From a virus (lineage: Duplodnaviria; Caudoviricetes), in IMG/VR virus record IMGVR_UViG_3300025131_000031, positions 1-63,847 of that record: a stretch of DNA of 63,847 bases; one strand, given 5' to 3'. The position numbers were made by a program, and so were the translations under genes. Positions within the stretch are counted from its first letter, which is position 1; each line of letters opens with the position of its first letter. Below the pieces are notes generated by a model, which saw only the letters and a list, made by a program, of their open reading frames with translations, made no database searches and was not told where the DNA came from. Positions 20,649 to 30,977 of this stretch are shown here, piece by piece.

Positions 20649-20932
20649 GTGATCTATATGAATTAGTTAGATTAGAAAATCAAAGGAAACATGCAGTAAA
20701 AATAGAACTGATGCAAAAACATGGGTATAAATATAATTTCAGCACCGATGTTTGGGAAAATGATAGCCCTGAAGCTGTTAGCAGAAGAGATAAGCGAGTA
20801 ACAGGATCATTAATAGAAGCATGTTCTCTAGCTGACTTAAAAAAGATACTCCCAGCATTGAACGATCCATTGAAATATAGTCTTATGCTATTTGATGAAT
20901 CAATAATGAAGCTCATACGAGTTTCAAAATAG
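20645..20932 (+). CDS. hypothetical protein
   Basis: 95-aa coupled ORF; tail contains the 28-bp repeat. Confidence 0.55.
   Translation: MSDLYELVRLENQRKHAVKIELMQKHGYKYNFSTDVWENDSPEAVSRRDKRVTGSLIEACSLADLKKILPALNDPLKYSLMLFDESIMKLIRVSK
20888..20915 (+). repeat. 28-bp exact dispersed repeat, copy 2
   Basis: identical to 6918..6945. Confidence 0.9.
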
Positions 20933-20996
20933 CGAATGAACACATTCTTTGCTTGCTTGATATTTATTATAAATCCAAGTAGATGGAGCATATGAA

Positions 20997-21674
20997 ATGA
21001 ATTGTGAAGAATGCGGAAAATCAATAACAGGCAGAGGTAAATCTAATTATTGTCAAAGATGCTTCATGAGAATAGTCAAGCCTGGCAAAAAAGGAGGAGG
21101 TTGGAGCAAAGGATTAACAAAAGATACTGATGATAGAATTAAAAAAATGTCCATAAAAGTATCCGCTGCACTTAAAGGAAAGCCCAAGACAGAAAAGCAT
21201 GCAACAAAATTATCAAAAATTTTCAGGAAAAAATACGCAGGAAAAGGTAATCCTTTTTATGGTAAAAAACATTCAGATGATACTAAAAAAATATTATCTG
21301 AAAAGGCTATACATAGATCAAAAAAAATTAATCCTATATTCAATATTTTAAACAATATTTCGAATTCAGATACTAGTATTGAAGTTGCTGTAGAAAATTT
21401 TTTACAATCGGAAAAAATCGAATACAAGAAACAATATAGAATATATTATAATAAAATAAATTTTAAGATATATGATTTCTATCTACTAAAAGAGAATATT
21501 CTGATAGAAGTTGATGGTGATTTTTGGCATTGTAAATTAGAGAAAAAACCCAAGAATTATAAAGATATAATTGTGAATGATAAATTAAAAAATGATTTAG
21601 CTACAGAGAATGGATATAGATTAGTTAGAATATCTCAAAGCGAGTTAGATAGCGTTTGGAGGATTATAGTATGA
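20997..21674 (+). mobile_element. free-standing homing-type endonuclease: Zn finger + NUMOD3 + Vsr/DUF559-like nuclease
   Basis: CEEC..CQRC, WSKGLTK, NPFYGKKHSDDTKK (NUMOD3), TSIE, YDFYL, IEVDGDFWH, D..KN..A...GYRLVRI. Confidence 0.85.
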
Positions 21675-23218
21675 ATACTTTTCATATCCTCTGCTTAGCT
21701 GGAATCGGTGATATTCTATCACACATCACTAGACTGTCAGCAGTAGTTGCAATGAACAACCATAAGATAAAATTTTGGTTGGGAGGTTTTGGGAAGAGCC
21801 CTGAGTTCATGAAAGAAATTTTAGAAGCTGAGGGTGTTGAAGTTTCTCTAATTAAAAATCTTACATACCACAGTCAACTACCTGAAATGAGAGAATTTAT
21901 TAAGAGCAATGCTGTAAAAGAGGGAGATGTGTTTCAAGATTGGAGCTTTTGTGAGGAGATATTTCAAAACAAGGCTCCTATTTTTATGCAGTATCCGATG
22001 AGAGATCGATTCGATTATAAGTATGGACAAGATCTTCATAACTCAGAAAGACACAAGTATATTCAACACGGCCGATGTGTAGCTATACAGCCATTAACAA
22101 AAACAGGCAATGCTGAAGGTTTTGAATCTGATCTAGAGAGAGGTAGATTTTGGAGTAGAGATTGTTGGACATATATAATAGATAATCTGATTGAAGATGG
22201 ATTTACTCCTCTATTCACAGGATTAGAAGGTGAAGATTGGGGATTAGCTGATTATTGTAATGAAAAAAATTATCATTATGTCAATACATTAGGAACACCA
22301 ATAGATGAAACATTTGAAATACTAAGGTCATGCCACGGAAATATAGCTTGCAACTCATGGACATGGGAAATTACCTCTCGATGTGGAATTCCTACAGTAT
22401 GCTTCTATACAAAAAATCATTTCTTTATTCAGAATCATATTCCAGATGGCCCTTCAGATTTCTTTGACAATTGTATCATAGAAACTAATCAAGAAGCTGA
22501 TCCAGAACAATTATATCAAGCCTGGAAATATATGTATGATCATGATAAGAAACCAGATGTAAGTTACTCTGTATGCATGATCACCTATAACGATGAAGAG
22601 TGTATAGAGAAAACTATAGATAATGTTGTAGATACGGCTATTGATTCTTCAGAATTTATAGCTATAGATGGTGGTTCGACAGATAAAACTGTAGATATAC
22701 TAGAAAACAATGATTTGATAAGTGTGTTTACTAAAAAATGGGATGATGATTTTGAAGTACAGAAAAACTGTGCACTAAATAAAGCAACTAATAAATGGAG
22801 AGTATGGATTGACGCTGATGAAACCTACGAACCGATCTTCTGGAACCAACTGCCGTGGTATATTTGGCAAGCTGAAAACAATGGTGTTGACTGTATTTCG
22901 GTTCCAAGAATCAACATCATCGAAGGACTTACTGATGAAGAACTCCAAAAATATGCAGAAAGCAATGGGTGGCATCTCCAAGGATTCAGATGGGTTAACT
23001 ACCCAGATCACCAACAGAGAATATTCACAGACTCTTGCAAGTTTGTCGGCAGAACCCACGAGAGAATTACTGGTTACAAAAAAGATGCACTTCTTGTCGG
23101 AGTACACTGCTTACACCCAAAAACTAAGGAAAGACAAGAGAGAGGCTTCGAAAGAGAAAACAAACAATACAAAATAGAAGCAGATAAAATTTATGAAAGG
23201 GTTATGAAAGGAGAATAG
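21671..23218 (+). CDS. GT9-like / GT2 glycosyltransferase fusion
   Basis: N-terminal GIGD; C-terminal SVCMITYNDE, IDGGSTDKT, QKN.AL, WIDADE, YPDHQ.R, HE; start set at ATG 21671 after GGAGG. Confidence 0.8.
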   Translation: MNTFHILCLAGIGDILSHITRLSAVVAMNNHKIKFWLGGFGKSPEFMKEILEAEGVEVSLIKNLTYHSQLPEMREFIKSNAVKEGDVFQDWSFCEEIFQNKAPIFMQYPMRDRFDYKYGQDLHNSERHKYIQHGRCVAIQPLTKTGNAEGFESDLERGRFWSRDCWTYIIDNLIEDGFTPLFTGLEGEDWGLADYCNEKNYHYVNTLGTPIDETFEILRSCHGNIACNSWTWEITSRCGIPTVCFYTKNHFFIQNHIPDGPSDFFDNCIIETNQEADPEQLYQAWKYMYDHDKKPDVSYSVCMITYNDEECIEKTIDNVVDTAIDSSEFIAIDGGSTDKTVDILENNDLISVFTKKWDDDFEVQKNCALNKATNKWRVWIDADETYEPIFWNQLPWYIWQAENNGVDCISVPRINIIEGLTDEELQKYAESNGWHLQGFRWVNYPDHQQRIFTDSCKFVGRTHERITGYKKDALLVGVHCLHPKTKERQERGFERENKQYKIEADKIYERVMKGE

Positions 23219-23219
23219 A

Positions 23220-23573
23220 ATGTTAAGTTTGAGCAATCATAGAGAAAAAAATGAATATGATTATAAACTAGAAGAAGCCGATCTAGATTTAACTGAAGAT
23301 GAAATAAGTAAGATTAAAAACCATGTTATAATAAAATCAGCCGATACTGTAGAATTCGGCGTTAAGGCTGGATATAATAGCAAAAAAATTATAGTACAAA
23401 AAATAGAGTATTATAAGACAGCTTTAGATCCTAGCTGTATACCGTACTATGAAAAAAATCCTTGGTTTACTCCTTGGATTAAAACTGGATATGTCGTAGA
23501 AAAAAATGAGAGTGGTTTAAGTTTGATCAAGCCCGGAGGCTGTAGTTCAGATAATACAGTGTATGAAGTATGA
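23220..23573 (+). CDS. hypothetical protein
   Basis: 117-aa ORF with AGGAG RBS. Confidence 0.6.
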   Translation: MLSLSNHREKNEYDYKLEEADLDLTEDEISKIKNHVIIKSADTVEFGVKAGYNSKKIIVQKIEYYKTALDPSCIPYYEKNPWFTPWIKTGYVVEKNESGLSLIKPGGCSSDNTVYEV

Positions 23574-23727
23574 AAATAACTAAATTAGAAAATGGAAATT
23601 ATGAATTTGCAGTTGATAAATCTGCTTTTTCAGAAGAGCAGCAAAAAGAAATAGATAGACTAATAACTTTACCAAAAGAAGAATTTAAGAAATTAGATCT
23701 TGATATTGAAATTGTATTGAGGAAAAA

Positions 23728-24753
23728 ATGCCAAGACCAATAGTAATACATCACCTCAATGCTTTGACATTAGGTGGAACAGAAAAAATGGTGCAAATCA
23801 TGATGAAGTGGTTCGTAAAAGATCCGACTTTCAATCATGTGTTAGCGTATCAATCACAGCAAGACAGAAGTAGAGAGAAATATTTTAGAGAGATTATGAG
23901 TGAATACAAGCTCATTCCTTATGCAAGCTATCCAGAATTCATTGCAATTGTTAGAAAACTTAGACCATTTATTATCCATAGGTATTCCGCTGGAATACCA
24001 GAATTCCCATTTGTTCAACCCGTTAAGGAAAATACAAAACACTTTGTTAGCACATCCGTCTTTGGCAACCAAGATGATACAATCGACATCAGCAGAGTAA
24101 TATTCGTTAGTAAACATGTGCAACATTTAGCTAATAGATTTGGTGATAAATACAGAGTAGTTAGAAACGCTATTGAAGATCCTTATACTGAGCATTGCCA
24201 TTCGTTAGGATTAGATCATGATGTATTTGTATTCGGTCATATTGGTAGACCTGATGAAAACACCTTCGATGATATAAACCTTAGAGCTTATAAAGAGATA
24301 GAGAATGACAAAACATTCTTCTTATGGCTGCCTGTCAATGGAATGGCTCAAGTAGCAGCACAAGATCTTGGATTGAAAAACTTCGATATGCTACCAAGAA
24401 CTACGGATGAAACTGAAATTAGTAAATTTTATAATTCAATCGATGTACTAGCTCATAGTAGAAGAGATGGTGAATGTAATCCTGCAGTGATGTTTGAAGC
24501 TTTTGCTCATAGAATCCCTGTTATAAGTCACTACGGAGTTCCTTTTAATGGACATATTGAGTGCGTGGGTAATGCTGGGTTTGTAGTTCCCCCTGGAGAT
24601 GTAGAAGAATATGCTAGAATAATGCAAGCCTTTATTGACAAAAAAGTAAATTATTATGCTCTGCAAGACAATGCTTATCAAAGATTTTACGAATGGGGAA
24701 GAGCAGAGAAATGGGCTGTTGAACAATTAAATATATATAAAGAATTATTTTAG
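23728..24753 (+). CDS. GT4-family glycosyltransferase
   Basis: GGTEK, FVSK, RNAI, GHIGR, GE....MFEAF...IPVI. Confidence 0.85.
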   Translation: MPRPIVIHHLNALTLGGTEKMVQIMMKWFVKDPTFNHVLAYQSQQDRSREKYFREIMSEYKLIPYASYPEFIAIVRKLRPFIIHRYSAGIPEFPFVQPVKENTKHFVSTSVFGNQDDTIDISRVIFVSKHVQHLANRFGDKYRVVRNAIEDPYTEHCHSLGLDHDVFVFGHIGRPDENTFDDINLRAYKEIENDKTFFLWLPVNGMAQVAAQDLGLKNFDMLPRTTDETEISKFYNSIDVLAHSRRDGECNPAVMFEAFAHRIPVISHYGVPFNGHIECVGNAGFVVPPGDVEEYARIMQAFIDKKVNYYALQDNAYQRFYEWGRAEKWAVEQLNIYKELF

Positions 24754-24893
24754 AAAGTTTATAAACCAGGAAGTAAATTATTATAAACTACAGGATAGGT
24801 GTTTGAATAATTTTAAGAATACTTGTCGAGCAGAAGATATGGCTAATAAACAGTTGTCGATATATAAGGAATTGTAATGAGGAAGAAAAGGTT

Positions 24894-25442
24894 ATGAAAG
24901 GAAAAGCGGAGACTCTAAGAAAGACTAGAAATCCTAAAGACTATTTAGATGCTAATGGTAATAAGCTAAACATAGGTGATTCAGTTAGATTAGTGGAAGG
25001 TCCCGATGCTTTTGATGGTCATCTTGGTGGCGCTGAAGGAAAAATAGAAGGCTTCAATGATGATTCTAAATTCAAAATTGCAATTAGATGGGGAAATAAC
25101 AAAGAAACAGCTGGACATCACTCAAAATACTTAAGCAAATCTGATGTAGCTTTAGCTGATGGAGATTATGATATCGATGAAGATGACTCATTTCCAGAAG
25201 CAGAAGAAGAATTGTTAGATGATCATGATGGCGAAAGAGTTGATCATCCTGATCACTATAATTCTCACCCAAGTGGTATAGAAGCTATTGAAGTAGTAAG
25301 ACATTATAATTTTAATGTAGGGAATGCTCTTAAGTATCTATGGAGAGCAGGATTGAAAGATGAAAATACTGAAGTAGAAGATTTACGAAAAGCTATATGG
25401 TATATAAATGATGAAATTATGAGGTTAGAAGATGGATCTTGA
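24894..25442 (+). CDS. DUF3310-domain protein with N-terminal SH3/KOW-like region
   Basis: VDHPDHY, IEAIEV, FNVGNALKYLWRAGLK, EDLRKAIWYI. Confidence 0.8.
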   Translation: MKGKAETLRKTRNPKDYLDANGNKLNIGDSVRLVEGPDAFDGHLGGAEGKIEGFNDDSKFKIAIRWGNNKETAGHHSKYLSKSDVALADGDYDIDEDDSFPEAEEELLDDHDGERVDHPDHYNSHPSGIEAIEVVRHYNFNVGNALKYLWRAGLKDENTEVEDLRKAIWYINDEIMRLEDGS

Positions 25443-25565
25443 AAAGATTGAAGAAATAGACACATTGACATGTATTTTAAATGTTGTATATAAGTTTGCT
25501 GAAACTAATGATGAAGATGATGCAGAAATTAAAGGTAGTGAATTAGTTAATTGGGCAAAAGATAT

Positions 25566-26591
25566 ATGAATGTTCTCGTAACAGGATGTGCAGGATTTCT
25601 TGGTAGTGAATTGTGTAAGAAGCTTCTTGAAGCTGGGCATATGGTCTATGGGATAGATGATTTGTCCTGTGGTTTCAAAGAAAATTTACATGATTTTTGG
25701 GATGATGTTGATCATTTTGTATGGTTGGAAAAAGATATTAGAAATGATGATTGTTATAGATTTATAGATCATGCCTTAAGAGGTAGAAAATTAGACGTCA
25801 TATACCACTTTGCTGCTAGAGGTGAAGTATATTGGTGTCAAGATAATCCAACAAATGCTGTTGATGTAAATGTAAATGGTACTTTAAAAGTGCTCGAATA
25901 TGCAGCACAGAAGAAAGTCAAGCATTTTATATTTACAGACACTAGTGCAGAATATGATAACATAGATTTATTTCCAACTGAAGAACTTGATGCTCCTAAT
26001 GCTGAAACACCTAGAGGAATCTATTCAATTACAAAGATGACTGCAGCTCAATTCGTAAGAGCATTTAGTGAAGAGCATGGATTTGGAGCTACTATATTCA
26101 GACCATTCAATGTCTATGGACCAACTATGAATTTAGAGAGAGATATTCCTCCTGTTATTGGTAGTTTCACAAAGAGAATGTTAGAAGGCCACTCACCAAT
26201 AATTTATGGTGATGGTTCTAAGAGAAGAGATTTCATTTATGTAGATGATATTACCGAGTTGTTCATGCGAGTGCTGAGTTACAGAGAACAGGGTACGGTC
26301 AGAGCTAGCGATTATTATAGATTATTCAAAAACAATAGTCGAACTTTCAATGCTGGTACTGGAGAAAACTATAGTATCTATGAAATATATGAATTAGTAT
26401 CGAGAGAAATATTTGGAGGAAAAGACAATTGGTTAGTTCCAATGTTTAAGCAGGATCAATCAGGAGAAGCAGAAATAACATTAGCATATATGAGAAATAC
26501 TACAAGTTTTTTCGAATGGAAACCTACAACATCAATCGAAGATGGAATCAAACTAACTGTGAGATCTATTCATGAAAAAATGCAAGCATAA
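25566..26591 (+). CDS. NAD-dependent sugar epimerase/dehydratase
   Basis: VTGCAGFLGS, YSITK, FRPFNVYGP, GDG...RDFIYVDD. Confidence 0.9.
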   Translation: MNVLVTGCAGFLGSELCKKLLEAGHMVYGIDDLSCGFKENLHDFWDDVDHFVWLEKDIRNDDCYRFIDHALRGRKLDVIYHFAARGEVYWCQDNPTNAVDVNVNGTLKVLEYAAQKKVKHFIFTDTSAEYDNIDLFPTEELDAPNAETPRGIYSITKMTAAQFVRAFSEEHGFGATIFRPFNVYGPTMNLERDIPPVIGSFTKRMLEGHSPIIYGDGSKRRDFIYVDDITELFMRVLSYREQGTVRASDYYRLFKNNSRTFNAGTGENYSIYEIYELVSREIFGGKDNWLVPMFKQDQSGEAEITLAYMRNTTSFFEWKPTTSIEDGIKLTVRSIHEKMQA

Positions 26592-26802
26592 ACTATGGAA
26601 GATAAGCTGCAAAATAGAAGAAGACCGAGTATATGAAGTGTGGATCTGCCAACATGCAGATTGTAGACAGAAATTTGCATCCGTTAGAACTGATGATCAT
26701 AAAGACATAAGAAAAGTTGAACAGGATTTTAGATTGAAAACAGAACTATTTCAAGTTGATTTAGAAAAATGGGACAGTGAAGGAGATATTGATTTTAAAT
26801 GA
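26572..26802 (+). CDS. small Cys-containing hypothetical protein
   Basis: CKH...CQHADC. Confidence 0.55.
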   Translation: MKKCKHKLWKISCKIEEDRVYEVWICQHADCRQKFASVRTDDHKDIRKVEQDFRLKTELFQVDLEKWDSEGDIDFK

Positions 26803-26809
26803 TAGTAAT

Positions 26810-27050
26810 CATGTTGATTTTATTATATATATTTATACTACTGCGATATAGAAGTTAGCAGAGGAAAAAGATGTAGAAGTTGTGCCAATAAAGGAAATAG
26901 AAATGGTAAGAATGAAAATAACAGGCCGAGGGACTGGAAGGAAAGAATGGAAATTGATAACTTAAAAAATACTTTAGCTATTTCAAGCGGATATAGAATT
27001 ATTAGAATATGGTCAGATGAAATAGATTTAAAGTGGAGGGTAATGTCATA
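26810..27050 (+). pseudogene. internally deleted NUMOD3/Vsr-type endonuclease remnant
   Basis: 5' part reads YCDIEVSRGKRCRSCANKG; 3' part reads IDNLKNTLAISSGYRIIRIWSDEIDLKWR; core is missing. Confidence 0.7.
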
Positions 27051-28061
27051 ATTATTACAAAAACGCCACTTCGAATAGGATTTGCAGGTGGAGGCTCAGA
27101 TTTGCCAGAATTTTGCAAAAACTATCCAGGATCATGCGTCAATGCTACTATTGACAAGTATGTATATGTTCTCGTAAAGAAAAGATATGACAATAAAATT
27201 TACCTCAAATATTCAGAAAATGAAATAGTAGAAGATATAAAATACATAAAACATGATTTCATTAGAGAAACTCTTGACTTCATGGGAATTAACTATGGCC
27301 TTGAAATTATAAACTGGGCTGATATTCCAACTAGAGGCACAGGACTAGGATCATCATCTAGTTTTCTAGTAGGGCTATTGAATGCTCTGTATACATTAGA
27401 AGGAAAGCCTCAAGAAGCAAGAGTATTAGCCGAACAAGCATGTCATATAGAAATTGATAGATGCAAAAAACCCATTGGCTATCAAGACCAATTTGCTGCA
27501 GCTTATGGTGGATTGAATTATATGCAATTCAAGGATGATGAAGCGTATACATCCGTTACGTCTATAGGCTATAATGATAAGCAATTGTTTGAATTATCAG
27601 AAAATATTCAAATGTTCTATACAGGAATAACAAGAGATTCATCATCAATATTGAGCGAGCAATCAAAAGATTTCAAAAACTCCGATGAAGAGAAAATAGA
27701 TCAGATGTCAAAGAATGTCGACCTGGCTAATATGCTATATGGAAGAGCTATTGACAGAAACTATGATGCATTTGGTGCAGCTATGTTAGAAAACTGGGCT
27801 ATAAAGAAAACATTCAACAGAGGAATTTCAAATGCTTTTATAGATAGAATCTATGAAGTAGCAGAAAGTGCTGGTATGTATGGCGGAAAGATTACTGGAG
27901 CTGGCGGCGGAGGTTTTTTTATTGCTTATAGCCCTGTGGCTTCGAAGTCCAAAGTGATTAAAAAAGTATGTGAAGTATCTGATAGTGTGAGATATATGCC
28001 TGTTAGATTTGATCCTTATGGTAGTAGAGTGTTATTGAATTGTGAGGAATATCGCTGGTAA
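27033..28061 (+). CDS. hddA: GHMP kinase, D-glycero-alpha-D-manno-heptose-7-phosphate kinase-like
   Basis: TPLRIGFAGGGSD, GTGLGSSSS, IGYQDQFAAAYGG, GKITGAGGGG; true start may be ATA 27048. Confidence 0.85.
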   Translation: MEGNVIIITKTPLRIGFAGGGSDLPEFCKNYPGSCVNATIDKYVYVLVKKRYDNKIYLKYSENEIVEDIKYIKHDFIRETLDFMGINYGLEIINWADIPTRGTGLGSSSSFLVGLLNALYTLEGKPQEARVLAEQACHIEIDRCKKPIGYQDQFAAAYGGLNYMQFKDDEAYTSVTSIGYNDKQLFELSENIQMFYTGITRDSSSILSEQSKDFKNSDEEKIDQMSKNVDLANMLYGRAIDRNYDAFGAAMLENWAIKKTFNRGISNAFIDRIYEVAESAGMYGGKITGAGGGGFFIAYSPVASKSKVIKKVCEVSDSVRYMPVRFDPYGSRVLLNCEEYRW

Positions 28062-28091
28062 TTTTAAATTATAAGAACAATATCAGATAAT

Positions 28092-28406
28092 ATGATTAAA
28101 AAACATAGGAATGGTTCTTTTAATTCAATGAAAATTCATAATACAAAACCTGAGTTGGCTGTTGAGAGTCAACTTAAGCAAATGAGTGTTAGATTTGAAA
28201 AATAAAAAAGAATTAAGAGTAAGCAATTCGATTTCTATTTGCCAGATTATGATATGTTGATAGAAGTAGATGGTGAATATTGGCATTCTTTACCTAAGGC
28301 TGTGAAGAATGATAAATTTAAAAACAATTTAGCAAAAAATGAGGGATATAAATTGACTAGAATATGGGCTGAAGACGTATATAAAAACTGGCGGATAATA
28401 TGGTAA
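28092..28406 (+). pseudogene. Vsr/DUF559-like endonuclease pseudogene
   Basis: NTKPE...FEK*KRI..FDFYL...IEVDGEYWH...NDKFKN.LA...GYKLTRIW with in-frame TAA at 28203; N-terminal domains absent. Confidence 0.8.
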
Positions 28407-28960
28407 AAGAAGAATATATTCCAGAAAATCTTTTGCAATTCTATGCTCATATAAGCACTACTTTCCAAGAAGTATATAATGACAAGCTTGGCAACCAAAT
28501 GCTAAAAGATCTATATATCTTAATGAAGGATTCTAAAAGAATATTTCTCATAGGCAATGGAGGATCTGCAGCTATATGTGATCATATAGCTAATGACTTA
28601 ACTAAGAGATGTTTTAGAAATGCTGAAGTATTGACATCGTATCCTCTCATAACTTGCTTAGCTAATGATTTTGGTTTTGAAGAGATGTATTTGAGATGGT
28701 TACAGATTAAATGTGCAGGAAATGATGATGATTTGTTGATAGCAATATCATCAAGCGGAGAATCTCCTGATATAACACTGCCAGCTGAATACTACACGAA
28801 CACAGATATGACTGTTTTTGGAATATCTGGATTCAATGGATTTAAAACAAATGAGGTTGATAAGCATATTCATTTCAAGTCAAGAAACTATGGCCAAATA
28901 GAAATGGTAACGGAAATGATGTTGCATGGAATTATAGAGGAGATGGTAAATGCCAGATAA
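28400..28960 (+). CDS. gmhA: phosphoheptose isomerase (SIS domain)
   Basis: IGNGGSAAICDHIANDL, TCLANDFG, AISSSGESP. Confidence 0.85.
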   Translation: MVKEEYIPENLLQFYAHISTTFQEVYNDKLGNQMLKDLYILMKDSKRIFLIGNGGSAAICDHIANDLTKRCFRNAEVLTSYPLITCLANDFGFEEMYLRWLQIKCAGNDDDLLIAISSSGESPDITLPAEYYTNTDMTVFGISGFNGFKTNEVDKHIHFKSRNYGQIEMVTEMMLHGIIEEMVNAR

Positions 28961-29198
28961 AATAACTGAGCCAGAAGTAAAATGGGAATGTTCGGCTTGT
29001 GGATATGAATTAGTAGATGATCTAGATTCCAAACCTATTGGCTTGACATTTCCAATAACAAATAGCCAGGGTCAAATGATAGGAATACCTATAGAAGTTT
29101 GCCCTCATTGTAGAAGTTTGTTATTGAGTGAAATTACAATGAGAGATTTACAGATTCAATTGACAAGTAGAATTATAACTACAAACCCGGGAATATAA
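28950..29198 (+). CDS. small zinc-ribbon protein
   Basis: CSAC...CPHC. Confidence 0.6.
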   Translation: MPDKITEPEVKWECSACGYELVDDLDSKPIGLTFPITNSQGQMIGIPIEVCPHCRSLLLSEITMRDLQIQLTSRIITTNPGI

Positions 29199-29719
29199 TG
29201 TATCTAGAATATTCAGGAAGACAAAGTGGTAAGACATATAGAATGTGTCAGCAAATTGTAAATGATTGGCGCTACAAAAATGATGATCAACAGATATTGG
29301 TATGTTTGCCTCATAGAAATATGAAGTATGACATACTTTCAACAATTTCTAAAGTATTAGAAGATCTGGGAATAGATTTCCTCGCTCACTTTGAAGATGT
29401 AAAAGAATCTCTATTATTTTCATATGGCAAGGATTACTGGAGCACTGCTAATAGTAGAGATATATATAGAACTTATTATGATGAATTTGAATCAATGGAT
29501 GAGATTCAATATTTGGAAGATGGTTACTACGTATCATCGATAAGAGAAGATTCTATTCATTCTAAATATTTCAAAAAGCTTAAAGCAATGAATGGTGGGC
29601 AGTGTGCTGACTATACGAAACAGATTGCTCCTCATATAGAACTAAGTGTTCGAACAATCTGCGATTGTACAATTCAAGCTCTAATGCGAGAAGGTTGTCA
29701 ATGTGGAACAATGGATTAA
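29198..29719 (+). CDS. P-loop-like protein with C-terminal CxC-x4-LM-x2-GCxCG motif
   Basis: SGRQSGKT at the N-terminus, YYDE downstream, CDCTIQALMREGCQCG tail. Confidence 0.6.
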   Translation: MYLEYSGRQSGKTYRMCQQIVNDWRYKNDDQQILVCLPHRNMKYDILSTISKVLEDLGIDFLAHFEDVKESLLFSYGKDYWSTANSRDIYRTYYDEFESMDEIQYLEDGYYVSSIREDSIHSKYFKKLKAMNGGQCADYTKQIAPHIELSVRTICDCTIQALMREGCQCGTMD

Positions 29720-30462
29720 TGTTTAATCCAGATGATATACACATCGTTTTGATAGGGAATGATAGACAATTAGATTATAGAATCAACCTTGAGATCTTGA
29801 GGTATAATTTTGTATATGGGGACCAGTTGTGGATTACTACTGTTTACAATGGAGATGAAGATAAACTTCCTTCTGGCATTGGCGAGAATTCTTTCATACA
29901 TATCAAAGAGAACAGAGGGTATGGCCTGGGTGCTCTTGATGCTTTCAATGAAGGATTAGGATATGCTTCAATAGGATATAGACCAATCGTCGTCTTATTC
30001 AATTTTGATGTTTGGTTTTTTACAGATGGTGGATTTAAACTTTGGGTAGAGGACTTCCAAAAGAGCAGAAAATCATTTGGGGCCGGACTGTTGCCTGATC
30101 ATGAACTTCCAATGACTGATTGTATGATATTCAAGAAAGATATGCTCAATAAGATTCTTCCAATAGAAGACAAAGTTTTAAAATACAGGCAAGAAGATAA
30201 AAGGTTAGTAGAAATGTATGAAGATACTCAATTAGGGTTCTATAATATGGAAGAATTTATGCTTTATTCGATACAACGATCATCTGCTGATGTTGAAATT
30301 AATGACATGTGGTGGCAATACCAAAGAGATGGTGCTCCAAGATATAGGTGGACAGAGAAATACACATTAGCACATTCTCACGACTACGAAGAACGCAAGC
30401 AACTGTTAAAGAAGTATGAAATCACAAAGGGAAGAATGATTCCTGAATTCTTAAATCAATAG
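29719..30462 (+). CDS. putative GT-A fold glycosyltransferase
   Basis: ENRGY..GA..AFNEGL...VVLFNFDVW pattern; cluster context. Confidence 0.5.
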   Translation: MFNPDDIHIVLIGNDRQLDYRINLEILRYNFVYGDQLWITTVYNGDEDKLPSGIGENSFIHIKENRGYGLGALDAFNEGLGYASIGYRPIVVLFNFDVWFFTDGGFKLWVEDFQKSRKSFGAGLLPDHELPMTDCMIFKKDMLNKILPIEDKVLKYRQEDKRLVEMYEDTQLGFYNMEEFMLYSIQRSSADVEINDMWWQYQRDGAPRYRWTEKYTLAHSHDYEERKQLLKKYEITKGRMIPEFLNQ

Positions 30463-30660
30463 TGATAATGTGTGTTTCTCTGTCTTGCTTGTCTATATTG
30501 GCATTGTAAATTAGAAAATAAACCTCATGATCATAAACTACGTATGAAAAATGATCAATACAAAAATACTCTTGCAAGAAATAATGGATTTAATCTAATT
30601 AGAATAACTGAAAAAGAAGAAAATAAACTTATAAAAAAATTGGAATTTTTAAATGGCTGA
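30463..30660 (+). pseudogene. 3' remnant of a Vsr-type endonuclease
   Basis: YWHCKLENKP...NDQYKNTLARNNGFNLIRITE closely matches FWHCKLEKKP...NDKLKNDLATENGYRLVRISQ of 20997..21674. Confidence 0.75.
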
Positions 30661-30973
30661 AAGAGAAACACTAATACCCACACAAATCGATCCAACTATG
30701 ATCGAATTTAAAAAAGATGATAAACCAAAGAAAAAGGTGAGACCAATAGTTCCATCAATCAGGTCTATTGAAGAATACAGAAGACTTTATTCTGAGTTTA
30801 TAGGAATGAATTCAGATGATATGCTTTATGAAAGCTATAGAATTTCATTAGACAAAGGAATAAGAAAGTCTAACATCACTAAACTTAAAGCTAAGCACGC
30901 AAATAGAGTAAAGATGCAAAAGGCTTCACGAAAAAGAAACAGCGGAACAAAAAAGAATTCAAGAAAAAGATAA
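30653..30973 (+). CDS. basic hypothetical protein
   Basis: 106-aa ORF, K/R-rich tail. Confidence 0.6.
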   Translation: MAERETLIPTQIDPTMIEFKKDDKPKKKVRPIVPSIRSIEEYRRLYSEFIGMNSDDMLYESYRISLDKGIRKSNITKLKAKHANRVKMQKASRKRNSGTKKNSRKR

Positions 30974-30977
30974 ATAG

